Shown here piece after piece: positions 20,193-28,686 of a stretch of DNA of 64,000 nt (its first letter is position 1; each line of letters begins with the position of its first letter). The DNA is from Acidobacteriota bacterium (lineage in GTDB: Bacteria; Acidobacteriota; Thermoanaerobaculia; Gp7-AA8): positions 78,976-142,975 of the forward strand of contig JAJPHC010000030.1 in assembly GCA_021325515.1 (NCBI GenBank), written 5' to 3'. The notes beneath the pieces were generated by a model, which ran no database searches, was not told where the DNA came from, and saw only the letters and a list, made by a program, of their open reading frames with translations. A program made the position numbers and the translations under genes.

Positions 20193-22976
20193 ATGAAGAC
20201 TTATTACAGAAGCATCGAAGAGCTCGAGACGCCGGTTGCGCCACGCGATGCGAATGACGACGGCCGCAATGAGGTCGATCGCCGCGACTTCCTGAAGCTC
20301 GCCGGATTCTCCGTCGCCGCTGTTGCTGCAACGGCTTGTCAGAGATCCTCCGTAGAGAAGGCGATTCCGTATCTCACTGCGCCGGAGGAGATCGTCCCCG
20401 GCCGCGCCTACTACGTTGCATCGACGTGCCACGGCTGTCCCGCGCGTTGCGGAATTCTCGTCAAGTGCCGCGACGGCCGGCCGATCAAGATCGAAGGGAA
20501 TCCCGATCATCCGCTCTCCCGCGGAGGCCTCTGCGCCATCGGCCAGGCCACGGTTCTCGGTCTCTATGATTCGCTGCGCCTTTCCGGCCCGATGCTCGGC
20601 GGCAAACCTTCGGACTGGCAGCAGGTCGATGCACTCATCGCACAGAAGCTCTCTTCTGCACGCCGGGTGCGCGTGCTGACATCGACGATTCCCAGCCCTG
20701 CCACCAAACGGTCGATCGATGCCTTCCTGGCCCGCTTCGCCGACGGAAAGCATGTCGTCTACGACACTCTCTCCTGCAGCGCGATTGCAGACGCGCACGA
20801 GGAAACGCACGGCGTCCGCGCGGTTCCGCACTATCGCTTCGACAAAGCCTCCGTCGTTCTCAGCCTCGACGCCGACTTTCTCGGCACATGGCTCTCGCCG
20901 GTCGAATTCACGAAACAATGGAGCGCGCGCCGGCCGTGGCATATCCAGCTCGAGCCTCGCATGTCGCTCACCGGATCCAACGCCAGCCAGCGGCTGCGGA
21001 TGCATCCGGCGGAGGCGGGCCTCGTGCTCGCCCATCTCGCAGCCGCGTTCGGGGCACCGTTTTCGAACCTGCCCCCGCTGCCCTTCAAGCAGGTCGTCTT
21101 CGATCGGATCGTCGAGCGGCTGCGCGCGGCGAAAGGAGAGTCGCTCGTCGTCGCCGGCGGCAATGACATCGAGGTGCAGCGGCTTGTTAACTTCGTCAAT
21201 GAGGCGCTGGGCAACTATGGAGCGGCCGTCGAGATCGGAGCTCCCTCGCTGCAGAGGCAGGGAAACGAGCGGGATCTGGCGGCGCTCGCCGATGCGGACG
21301 CGCTCTTCATCGCCGGCTGCAATCCCGTCTATGACCTGCCGCAGGGCAGCGAGCTCGCAAAGCAGCTTGCGGCGATTCCCCTCGTCGTCTCGTTCGCAAC
21401 GCACGCCGACGAGACGTCGAAGTACGCGCATGCCATCTGTCCCGACCATCATTTCCTCGAGTCGTGGGACGACAACGAGCCTGTGGCCGGCGTCTACTCG
21501 GTGACCCAACCAGCGATTGCACCTCTGCGCAACACGCGCGGAGTCATGGAGAGCTTCGCCACATGGAGCGGAGCACCGGCGAGCGCGTATCAGCAGATCA
21601 AGTCGCAGTTCACCGGCGACTGGGACAAGACCCTGCAGACCGGCGCCGTTGTCCGTGAAGTGCGGACGTCCTCGCCCGCACGTACGAATTTCAAGCCCGA
21701 ATATGGCCCACGAAGTGCGGATGAGACGTCCGCATCCCACTACACCCTTGTCCTCTATCCGGCCGTTGCCATGCTCGACGGCCGCCACGCACACAATGCC
21801 TGGCTTCACGAGCTGCCCGATCCGGTCACAAAGGTCACCTGGGACAATTACGCCTCCGTCTCCCCTGCCACGGCCACGAAGCACGCGCTCAAGGACGGCG
21901 ATATCGTCCGTATCGGCGACGTCGAGCTCCCGGCGTTCGTCCAGCCCGGCCAGCACGACGGCGTCGTCGCCATCGCGATCGGTTACGGTCGCATCGGTAC
22001 CGACCGCTTCGCGAAGAGCGGGCCGAAGTGGCTCCTCGGCCGCACATGGCTGCATCGCGGGGAGACCGTCGGCAAGCGGGTGATCCAACTGGCGAATCAG
22101 CCGGCCGTCACGATCACGAAGACGGGACGGAGCACAGCACTCGCCTCGACGCAGCTTCACAACAAGGCAGAGGGCCGGCCGCTGTTCGGCCCTGAAGAGA
22201 AGAGCACAGCCGGCAATGGACTCTGGCCCGTCAAGAACAAGGGCCAGCATCAGTGGGCAATGGCGATCGATCTCGCCAGATGCACCGGCTGCTCGGCATG
22301 CGTCATCGCCTGCCAGGCCGAGAACAACGTCCCGGTCGTCGGGAAGGACGAAGTCGTGCGCGAGCGCGAGATGCACTGGATCCGCATCGACCGCTATTAC
22401 GCCGGCGAAGGCGATGACCTCGAAACCGTGCATCAGCCGGTCATGTGCATGCATTGTGGCAACGCGCCGTGCGAGACCGTCTGCCCGGTGCTGGCTACAG
22501 TGCATTCATCGGACGGACTCAACCAGCAGGTCTACAACCGCTGCGTCGGAACGCGCTACTGCGCGAACAACTGCCCCTATAAGGCGCGCCGCTTCAACTG
22601 GTTCGACTATCCGCACGACGACCGTTTCGCGAATCTCGTTCTCAATCCCGACGTCACCGTGCGCAGCCGGGGCGTGATGGAGAAGTGCTCGATGTGCGTG
22701 CAGCGCATCGAAGAGGCGCGCATCGAAGCGAAGCAGAAGGGCATCGCGATTCCCGACGGCGCCATTCGAATGGCGTGCGAGCAGTCGTGTGCCGCCGACG
22801 CGATCGTCTTCGGCGATCTCAATGACCCGGCGAGCAGGATCAGCGCCGCGCGCAGGAGCAACCGCCACTTCCGCCTTCTCGAAGAGCTGAACGTGCAGCC
22901 GGCGGTGGGCTATTTGGCTCTCACTTCATCCCGAGCCGAAGGCGAGGGATCAACGACGGCGCCGCGCGAATCATGA
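20193..22976 (+). CDS. actB: Alternative complex III subunit ActB-like: Tat-exported molybdopterin-oxidoreductase-like domain fused to a 4x[4Fe-4S] ferredoxin domain
   Basis: Twin-arginine motif RRDFLKLAGFSVAAVAATA. A CHGCPARCG cluster sits in the N-domain. The C-terminal CTGCSACVIAC...CMHCGNAPCETVCP...CVGTRYCANNCPY is a PsrB/NrfC-like Fe-S domain. Confidence 0.8.
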   Translation: MKTYYRSIEELETPVAPRDANDDGRNEVDRRDFLKLAGFSVAAVAATACQRSSVEKAIPYLTAPEEIVPGRAYYVASTCHGCPARCGILVKCRDGRPIKIEGNPDHPLSRGGLCAIGQATVLGLYDSLRLSGPMLGGKPSDWQQVDALIAQKLSSARRVRVLTSTIPSPATKRSIDAFLARFADGKHVVYDTLSCSAIADAHEETHGVRAVPHYRFDKASVVLSLDADFLGTWLSPVEFTKQWSARRPWHIQLEPRMSLTGSNASQRLRMHPAEAGLVLAHLAAAFGAPFSNLPPLPFKQVVFDRIVERLRAAKGESLVVAGGNDIEVQRLVNFVNEALGNYGAAVEIGAPSLQRQGNERDLAALADADALFIAGCNPVYDLPQGSELAKQLAAIPLVVSFATHADETSKYAHAICPDHHFLESWDDNEPVAGVYSVTQPAIAPLRNTRGVMESFATWSGAPASAYQQIKSQFTGDWDKTLQTGAVVREVRTSSPARTNFKPEYGPRSADETSASHYTLVLYPAVAMLDGRHAHNAWLHELPDPVTKVTWDNYASVSPATATKHALKDGDIVRIGDVELPAFVQPGQHDGVVAIAIGYGRIGTDRFAKSGPKWLLGRTWLHRGETVGKRVIQLANQPAVTITKTGRSTALASTQLHNKAEGRPLFGPEEKSTAGNGLWPVKNKGQHQWAMAIDLARCTGCSACVIACQAENNVPVVGKDEVVREREMHWIRIDRYYAGEGDDLETVHQPVMCMHCGNAPCETVCPVLATVHSSDGLNQQVYNRCVGTRYCANNCPYKARRFNWFDYPHDDRFANLVLNPDVTVRSRGVMEKCSMCVQRIEEARIEAKQKGIAIPDGAIRMACEQSCAADAIVFGDLNDPASRISAARRSNRHFRLLEELNVQPAVGYLALTSSRAEGEGSTTAPRES

Positions 22977-22983
22977 TCGGAGG

Positions 22984-24849
22984 ATGCACGTGACCGCTAC
23001 CACAATCGACTCCAGCGCGGCTGCTCCGTTGATGCCTCACTCCGTTCGGCATGAACTTGTAGAGCCCCTAATCCTCGGCAAAAAATCGGCTGCGGATGTC
23101 ACGAACGACATCTGCGCTCCGCTCGAGCGCCGGGCCACACCGCTCTGGTGGATCGCGTTCCTCGCATCGACGGCATTGATGATCACCGGCCTCATCGCGA
23201 TCGCTTACGAGATCAGCACAGGCATCGGCACATGGGGCCTCAATAAGACCGTCGGATGGGCGTTCGACATCACAAACTTCGTCTTCTGGGTCGGCATCGG
23301 TCATGCCGGCACGCTCATCTCCGCGGTTCTCTTCCTCGTCCGGCAGAAGTGGCGCACCTCGGTGAATCGAAGCGCCGAGGCGATGACGCTGTTCGCGGTG
23401 ATCTGCGCGGCGATCTTCCCGCTCATTCACATGGGCCGCCCGTGGCTCGCATTCTGGGTCTTCCCTTATCCCAATACACGCGGCTCCCTCTGGGTGAACT
23501 TCCGCTCGCCGCTGTTGTGGGACGTCTTCGCAATCAGCGTGTACTTCACGGTGTCCGCGGTGTTCTGGTTCATCGGGCTGATTCCCGATCTCGCGTCGAT
23601 CCGCGACCGTTCGCGAGGTTTGCGCAAAGCGATTTTCGGCGCGCTCTCCTGCGGCTGGAACGGATCGCTGAAGACATGGACGCGCTACGAGAAGATGTAT
23701 CTGCTGCTCGCCGGTCTTGCGACGCCGCTCGTCCTCTCGGTGCATTCAATCGTTAGCTTCGATTTCGCCACGTCGCTGCTTCCGGGCTGGCATGCGACGA
23801 TTTTTCCGCCTTACTTCGTCGCCGGCGCGATCTTTTCCGGAATGGCGATGGTCCTGACGCTGATGCTGATCGCCCGCGCCGTCATGCCCGCCCTGCGCGA
23901 CTACCTGACACACAACCACATCGACGCGATGACCAGGCTCGTCCTGCTCACCTCCGGCTTCGTGGCACTCGCTTACAGCACGGAGTTCTTCACGGCGATG
24001 TACAGCGGCAACCGGTACGAGCGCTATGTCTTCATCAACCGCGCGCTCGGCCCCTTCGCGTGGGGCTACTGGACGATGGTCACCTGCAATGTCGTCATCC
24101 CGCAGCTCTACTGGTTCCGCCGCGTGCGCCGGAATCTCCTCGCCGTCTTCGCCATCTCGATTTTCGTGAACATCGGGATGTGGTTCGAGCGCTTCATCAT
24201 CATCGTCACGTCGCTGCACCGCGACTACCTCCCGTCGAGCTGGGCGAACTATTCGCCGACCATCATCGAGATCCTCACGTTTGCCGGAACATTCGGCCTC
24301 TTCTTCACTGCATTTCTTCTCTTCTGCCGGTTCCTGCCGATGGTCGCCATGGCGGAAGTGAAGGGCGTGCTGCACCGTCCGGAAGAGGCGGAGCTGGCCC
24401 GCGCGGTGCGCGACCTCAAGAGGAACGGCTATGACATCGAGGATGTCCGGACGCCCTATGCGGTGCATGGCCTGGAGAAGGTCGCGGGCATTCCACCGAG
24501 CCGTCTAGGATGGGCGTGCGCGATCGGCGGCTTCAGCGGCGCGGCTCTGATTCTTCTCTTCGAGTCATGGACGTCGGCATCGAGCTGGGCGCTGGATGTC
24601 GGCGGCAAGCCGTTCAACTCGATCCCCGCCTTCATCCCCGTCACCTTCGAGGTCGGCGTTCTCCTCGGCGCCTTCGCGACCGTGCTGGCGTTCTTCGTCC
24701 GCAGCCGCCTCTGGCCCGGCCGCAGGGGCGAGGCGGTCAACGAAGACTTCACGATCGTCGTGCGTGCGCACAATGCCGCGTTCGACCGCAGCGAGGCCGA
24801 GCGGATCACCACGGCCACCCAGACCCTGCTCGTGGTGCAGGAGGACTAA
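22984..24849 (+). CDS. actC-actD: Alternative complex III membrane subunit ActC (NrfD/PsrC family) fused in one ORF to an ActD-like (DUF3341) C-terminal domain
   Basis: An ~450-aa polytopic NrfD-like part is followed, without a stop, by an ~170-aa segment (GYDIEDVRTPYAVHGLEKVAGIPPSRLGWACAIGGFSG...GGKPFNSIPAFIPVTFEVGVLLGAF) that resembles ActD. The start is ATG 22984 or GTG 22990. Confidence 0.75.
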   Translation: MHVTATTIDSSAAAPLMPHSVRHELVEPLILGKKSAADVTNDICAPLERRATPLWWIAFLASTALMITGLIAIAYEISTGIGTWGLNKTVGWAFDITNFVFWVGIGHAGTLISAVLFLVRQKWRTSVNRSAEAMTLFAVICAAIFPLIHMGRPWLAFWVFPYPNTRGSLWVNFRSPLLWDVFAISVYFTVSAVFWFIGLIPDLASIRDRSRGLRKAIFGALSCGWNGSLKTWTRYEKMYLLLAGLATPLVLSVHSIVSFDFATSLLPGWHATIFPPYFVAGAIFSGMAMVLTLMLIARAVMPALRDYLTHNHIDAMTRLVLLTSGFVALAYSTEFFTAMYSGNRYERYVFINRALGPFAWGYWTMVTCNVVIPQLYWFRRVRRNLLAVFAISIFVNIGMWFERFIIIVTSLHRDYLPSSWANYSPTIIEILTFAGTFGLFFTAFLLFCRFLPMVAMAEVKGVLHRPEEAELARAVRDLKRNGYDIEDVRTPYAVHGLEKVAGIPPSRLGWACAIGGFSGAALILLFESWTSASSWALDVGGKPFNSIPAFIPVTFEVGVLLGAFATVLAFFVRSRLWPGRRGEAVNEDFTIVVRAHNAAFDRSEAERITTATQTLLVVQED

Positions 24850-24851
24850 CC

Positions 24852-25421
24852 ATGCGCCGCACCATCATCAATTCACTGCTGCTGGCCGCGACTGCCGCCT
24901 TCCTGTCGCTCAACTGGATTCTTCAGGCCGATCCCAATCAGCGGAATTTCGAGGTCCTGCCCGACATGGCGCACTCGATTCCTTATGACTCGTATGCGTC
25001 GAATCCGAATTTTCGGGATGGCATGACGCTGCGCCTGCCCGTCGCCGGTACTGTGATCCGCGGCATCACGCCTCTGCACTATGCTGCGACGCCCGCCGAT
25101 GCGGAGCGGGCCGGGCGCGTGCTCGTCAATCCTTATCCGGCGACGGATGCCGCGGCACGCACGCGCGGCGCCGCCATCTACAACACCTATTGCGAGATCT
25201 GCCACGGCGTCAGCGGCAAGGGCGACGGAATCGTCGCGCAGAGAGGCTTCCCCACACCCCCGTCACTGCTCGCGCCCAATGCCCTCGGACTGCCCGACGG
25301 GCGCATCTTTCACATCATCACTTACGGCCAGAAGAACATGCCTTCTTACGCATCGCAGATCGATCGCGATGACCGCTGGAAAGCGATTCTCTACGTGCGC
25401 TCGCTGCAGAGAGGCAAATGA
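24852..25421 (+). CDS. actE: Monohaem cytochrome c, ActE-like
   Basis: A single CEICHG motif. The N-terminus is a signal or TM segment. A CAGGAGGA RBS lies 6 nt upstream. Confidence 0.7.
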   Translation: MRRTIINSLLLAATAAFLSLNWILQADPNQRNFEVLPDMAHSIPYDSYASNPNFRDGMTLRLPVAGTVIRGITPLHYAATPADAERAGRVLVNPYPATDAAARTRGAAIYNTYCEICHGVSGKGDGIVAQRGFPTPPSLLAPNALGLPDGRIFHIITYGQKNMPSYASQIDRDDRWKAILYVRSLQRGK

Positions 25422-26470
25422 TGAATTCGCGCATTCTCTTTCCCGTTCTCACACTGATCGCGTTCGCGACAGGAATGGCCGTCACCGGCGCCGTGCTCGC
25501 ACCGGACGATGTGTGGCCGAACGTGCTCGTATCGGGATTGTTCCTGACGGGAATCGGACTCGCCGGCGGATTCGTCGTCGCGGTCCACGATCTCAGCGGC
25601 GCGCACTGGCTGGGGCCGCTGCGCCGCATCGCCTGCTCGTTCACGCGGCTCGTTCTCCCCGGCGCGGCGGTCGTGCTCGTCGCGATCCTCTTCGGAGGCT
25701 CGCATCTCTATCCCGCATTTCATGAGCACCTGCCGGGCTTCAAAGGCGTGTGGCTCGGACGGACCTTCTTCACACTGCGCGCATTCGGATACGCAGCCGC
25801 GTGGGCCGTGGCGCTCCGTCTGCTGCACAAGAAGCGCGCTTCCGCGTTCTATATCGTCGTCTTCGGATTCACGGTGTGGCTGTCGGGCGTTGACTGGGTC
25901 ATGTCGCTCGAGCCCCACTGGTCGAGCACGATCTTCGGCGTCTATCACTTCGCCGGACTCGTGACGGCGGGTCTCGCCGCGATCATCATCGTCGCCGTCC
26001 ATCGCTCACGGACTGATTCCGCGATCACCTCAGACCATCTGCACGATCTGGCGAAGCTGCTCTTCGCGTTCAGCACATTCTGGATGTACATCTGGTTCAG
26101 CCAGAGCATGTTGATCTGGTACGGCAACATGCACGAAGAGACCGGCTATTACCTGCTGCGCGCCTATGGCAACTGGGGCGTGCTGTTCTGGACGACCGTC
26201 GCTCTGATGTGGGTGATCCCGTTCTTCGTCCTGCTGCCGGAGACGACGAAACGCAATCGGACGATTCTCACGCGCATCGCCATCGTCATCCTCGTAGGGC
26301 ACTGGCTGGATCTGTATGTGTCGGTCGTGCCGGCAATCTCACCCGACGCCCGATTGACGGGATGGGAGCTCGCGCTGGCACTGGGTACGTTTGCCGCCGT
26401 CGGCCTCGCGGCAACACGGCGGGAGCGCGACCTGGAGGAAGCCGTCGTCGTGCTGGACCTCGCACGTTGA
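25418..26470 (+). CDS. actF: Alternative complex III membrane subunit ActF-like (NrfD-like polytopic protein)
   Basis: About 10 TM helices. The ATG overlaps the actE stop. It is the last gene of the co-directional array. Confidence 0.7.
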   Translation: MMNSRILFPVLTLIAFATGMAVTGAVLAPDDVWPNVLVSGLFLTGIGLAGGFVVAVHDLSGAHWLGPLRRIACSFTRLVLPGAAVVLVAILFGGSHLYPAFHEHLPGFKGVWLGRTFFTLRAFGYAAAWAVALRLLHKKRASAFYIVVFGFTVWLSGVDWVMSLEPHWSSTIFGVYHFAGLVTAGLAAIIIVAVHRSRTDSAITSDHLHDLAKLLFAFSTFWMYIWFSQSMLIWYGNMHEETGYYLLRAYGNWGVLFWTTVALMWVIPFFVLLPETTKRNRTILTRIAIVILVGHWLDLYVSVVPAISPDARLTGWELALALGTFAAVGLAATRRERDLEEAVVVLDLAR

Positions 26471-26503
26471 GAGTGGAGAGCGGACGCCTCGTCCGCACAT
26501 GGA

Positions 26504-27277
26504 TCACGCGATGCAGACGCGGTTTCTGCCTGCGCGCTTGGCTTGATAGAGCTGCGCATCCGCTCGCTCAACCAGCGACTGCACCGTGTCGCCTTTGCGC
26601 AGCGATGTGGCGCCGAGGCTGATGGTGGCGCGCATCTGGTGATCGTCGAACTCGAAGATCGCGCCGTCGATCATCGCCCGGATTCTCTCGCAGAATCCCG
26701 CCGCTTCGTCGAGGCCAGTCTCCGGCAGCACGACCGCGAACTCCTCGCCGCCGTAGCGCGAGAAGAGCTCGTCGCGCCGCACCGACGCGGCCACATATTG
26801 CGCGATGCCCACCAGCATGCGGTCTCCTGCAAGGTGGCCGAACGAGTCGTTGATCCGCTTGAAGTGGTCGATGTCGAACATCACCAGCGACAACGGCCGT
26901 TCGTGGCGCACCGCGCGCGCGATCTCGCGCTCGAGAAAATCGAGCAGATGCCGCTTGTTCGCCGCCTGCGTCAATCCGTCGGTGATCGCGAGGTGGTAGA
27001 TCTCCTCGTGGTACATCGCCTCGACATTTCCGCCGGCGATGAACTTCAGCACCGAGCCGCCGCAGCGGATCAGATCCCCGTTCTCCAGCCGCCGCGGCCC
27101 TTCGATCGGGGCATCGTTGACGAATGTGCCATTCGTGCTGCCGAGATCCTCGATGCGATAGACGTTGCCGGCGAGAAAAATCCGCGCGTTCGCGGCGTGC
27201 ATCGCGCTCTGGTTCATGGTCGCGTCCTTTCTCGCGTTCCACGCGATGTTCGACGCATCCGAGTTGCTGCGTGGCAC
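26504..27277 (-). CDS. FHA-domain / GGDEF diguanylate cyclase
   Basis: The N-terminus has an FHA core (YRIEDLGSTNGTFVND...GDLIRCG). The C-terminus has GGDEF signatures (RYGGEEFAVVL, DHFKRINDSFGH). Confidence 0.75.
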   Translation of the reverse strand: MPRSNSDASNIAWNARKDATMNQSAMHAANARIFLAGNVYRIEDLGSTNGTFVNDAPIEGPRRLENGDLIRCGGSVLKFIAGGNVEAMYHEEIYHLAITDGLTQAANKRHLLDFLEREIARAVRHERPLSLVMFDIDHFKRINDSFGHLAGDRMLVGIAQYVAASVRRDELFSRYGGEEFAVVLPETGLDEAAGFCERIRAMIDGAIFEFDDHQMRATISLGATSLRKGDTVQSLVERADAQLYQAKRAGRNRVCIA

Positions 27278-27479
27278 GTGGATGATGGAACGTTGTCATG
27301 TTTCGCCGCGGCGATGGGTGCAGATCACGACGTGCCTCGAGCAAACCATGCTGCCGCTCGAGTCGCTCTTTCCGGCAGCCACGGGATGCGTGATCGATGT
27401 CTTCGATCCGCTGGTAACGACGGAACCGGCACTCGCGAGGGCGCGTCAAAGCACTCGAGCTGGACGTCGACCATCAACG

Positions 27480-27778
27480 CCGTCGAAGATGGCTCCGCAG
27501 ACCTCGTGCTGATCATCCTGTCCGCGCACGAGATCCGCGATCGGCGCGAGCGCGAGCGCCTCTTTCACGAGAGCGCGAGAATGCTCGCGGACTCGGGGCG
27601 GATCGTTCTCGTCGAGCATCTGCGTGATGTCGCCGCGGCGCTCGCATTTGGACCGGGGCTGTTTCACTTTTACCCGCGCAGCATCTGGCTGAAGCAGGTT
27701 GCGTCGGCGCGGCTCGCGATTCGCGATGAGCTCGCGATCACGCCGTTCGTGCGGGTGTTCGTTCTGGAGCGAGTGTGA
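27480..27778 (+). pseudogene. C-terminal remnant of a class I SAM-dependent methyltransferase (no N-terminal SAM-binding motif upstream)
   Basis: Only the methyltransferase post-motif region is recognisable (DLVLIILSAHEIRD...RIVLVEH...FHFY). The upstream in-frame sequence lacks a GxGxG motif. Confidence 0.3.
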
Positions 27779-27834
27779 CGAATGAGATTCAACTTTTTTC
27801 GCCAGGGGCACGCCGACGGCGGACGGCGCTGCGC

Positions 27835-28248
27835 TCACCAATACGCCTCGAGGCTGAAGCTTTCGAGACGGTTCGAGAGCTTGCGGTCGAAGGTCGCTAC
27901 AGCGTCGTATCCGTTGGTGGTGGCGAGCGCGACGATCACGGCATCGGTCAGGCCTGCAAGAGATTCAGGCCAGATCTCCAGCACGCGCCGCCACGCGCAG
28001 TCATCGACGATCTGCATGCCGGGAAATTCGGTGATGGCCTGGACGACGGTTGCCACTTGTCTCGACGTCAGCCCGTACTGGCTTTGCAGGACGTACACAA
28101 TCTCGAAGATAACGGACTGCGGAATCATGCCGGCGATCTCGCCTTCTTCCGCGGCGGCCAGCAGAGCCTGCGCGGCGTCTTGCTGCGCCTTGTTACGCTC
28201 GACGAAAAATGAGACGAAAACGTTCGCGTCGGCGACTACGCTGCGCAC
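27835..28248 (-). CDS. vapC: PIN-domain ribonuclease toxin VapC
   Basis: A 137-aa protein whose N-terminus (VVADANVFVSFF) is typical of PIN domains. The vapB-like gene is immediately upstream, with a 2-nt gap. Confidence 0.75.
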   Translation of the reverse strand: MRSVVADANVFVSFFVERNKAQQDAAQALLAAAEEGEIAGMIPQSVIFEIVYVLQSQYGLTSRQVATVVQAITEFPGMQIVDDCAWRRVLEIWPESLAGLTDAVIVALATTNGYDAVATFDRKLSNRLESFSLEAYW

Positions 28249-28249
28249 G

Positions 28250-28477
28250 TCAGACGCGACCTCGCGTCTTGCGAGCCTGTGCGACGGCGGTCAATGCGTC
28301 GGGGCCATGTTTGATGAAGCCACGCAATGAGTAGAGCGCCGGACGCTCGGTGGTAATGGCGACGCGGCCGCCTTTGATCTCCCACGTCAGTTTGTCGCCG
28401 GCGCCGATGTTGAGCGCTTCTCGAACTTCCTTCGGGACCGTCGTCTGGCCTTTGCTGGTGATTGTCGAGGTGGGCAT
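28250..28477 (-). CDS. vapB: AbrB/MazE/SpoVT-family antitoxin VapB
   Basis: SpoVT/AbrB swapped-hairpin signature STITSKGQTTVPKEVREAL. The start was set at the internal ATG. Confidence 0.65.
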   Translation of the reverse strand: MPTSTITSKGQTTVPKEVREALNIGAGDKLTWEIKGGRVAITTERPALYSLRGFIKHGPDALTAVAQARKTRGRV

Positions 28478-28549
28478 GGCACGCTTCTCCTTACATATCG
28501 TAACGCAAGTAAGGACACGGCGAAGGCCGCAGAGAACTTTCACGAGGGT

Positions 28550-28626
28550 TGGTGCGCCCAGCAGGATTCGAACCTGCGACCTTTAGCTCCGGAGGCTAAC
28601 GCTCTATCCAGCTGAGCTATGGGCGC
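28550..28626 (-). tRNA. tRNA-Arg (anticodon CCG)
   Basis: The reverse complement folds as a canonical cloverleaf. The acceptor stem is GCGCCCA/UGGGCGC, the D-arm GCUC-AGCUGGAUA-GAGC, the anticodon loop CUCCGGA (CCG) and the T-arm GCAGG-UUCGAAU-CCUGC. A 3' CCA is encoded. Confidence 0.85.
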
Positions 28627-28686
28627 ATCGAGGAGGTGCGGATTGTACGGGGTGCAACGTCCCCGGGCAACCATGCATTTCCGCGC

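Noticed and set aside
26543-27479. 5' portion of the 411-aa plus-strand ORF overlapping the FHA-GGDEF gene
   Set aside because: It is antisense to a supported gene and lacks methyltransferase N-terminal motifs. Only the last ~100 codons resemble a methyltransferase, so it was called a remnant.
27784-27800. Possible att-site direct repeat of the tRNA-Arg 3' end (gagattcaac vs ggattcgaac)
   Set aside because: The match is too short and imperfect to support an integration boundary without genome-wide statistics.
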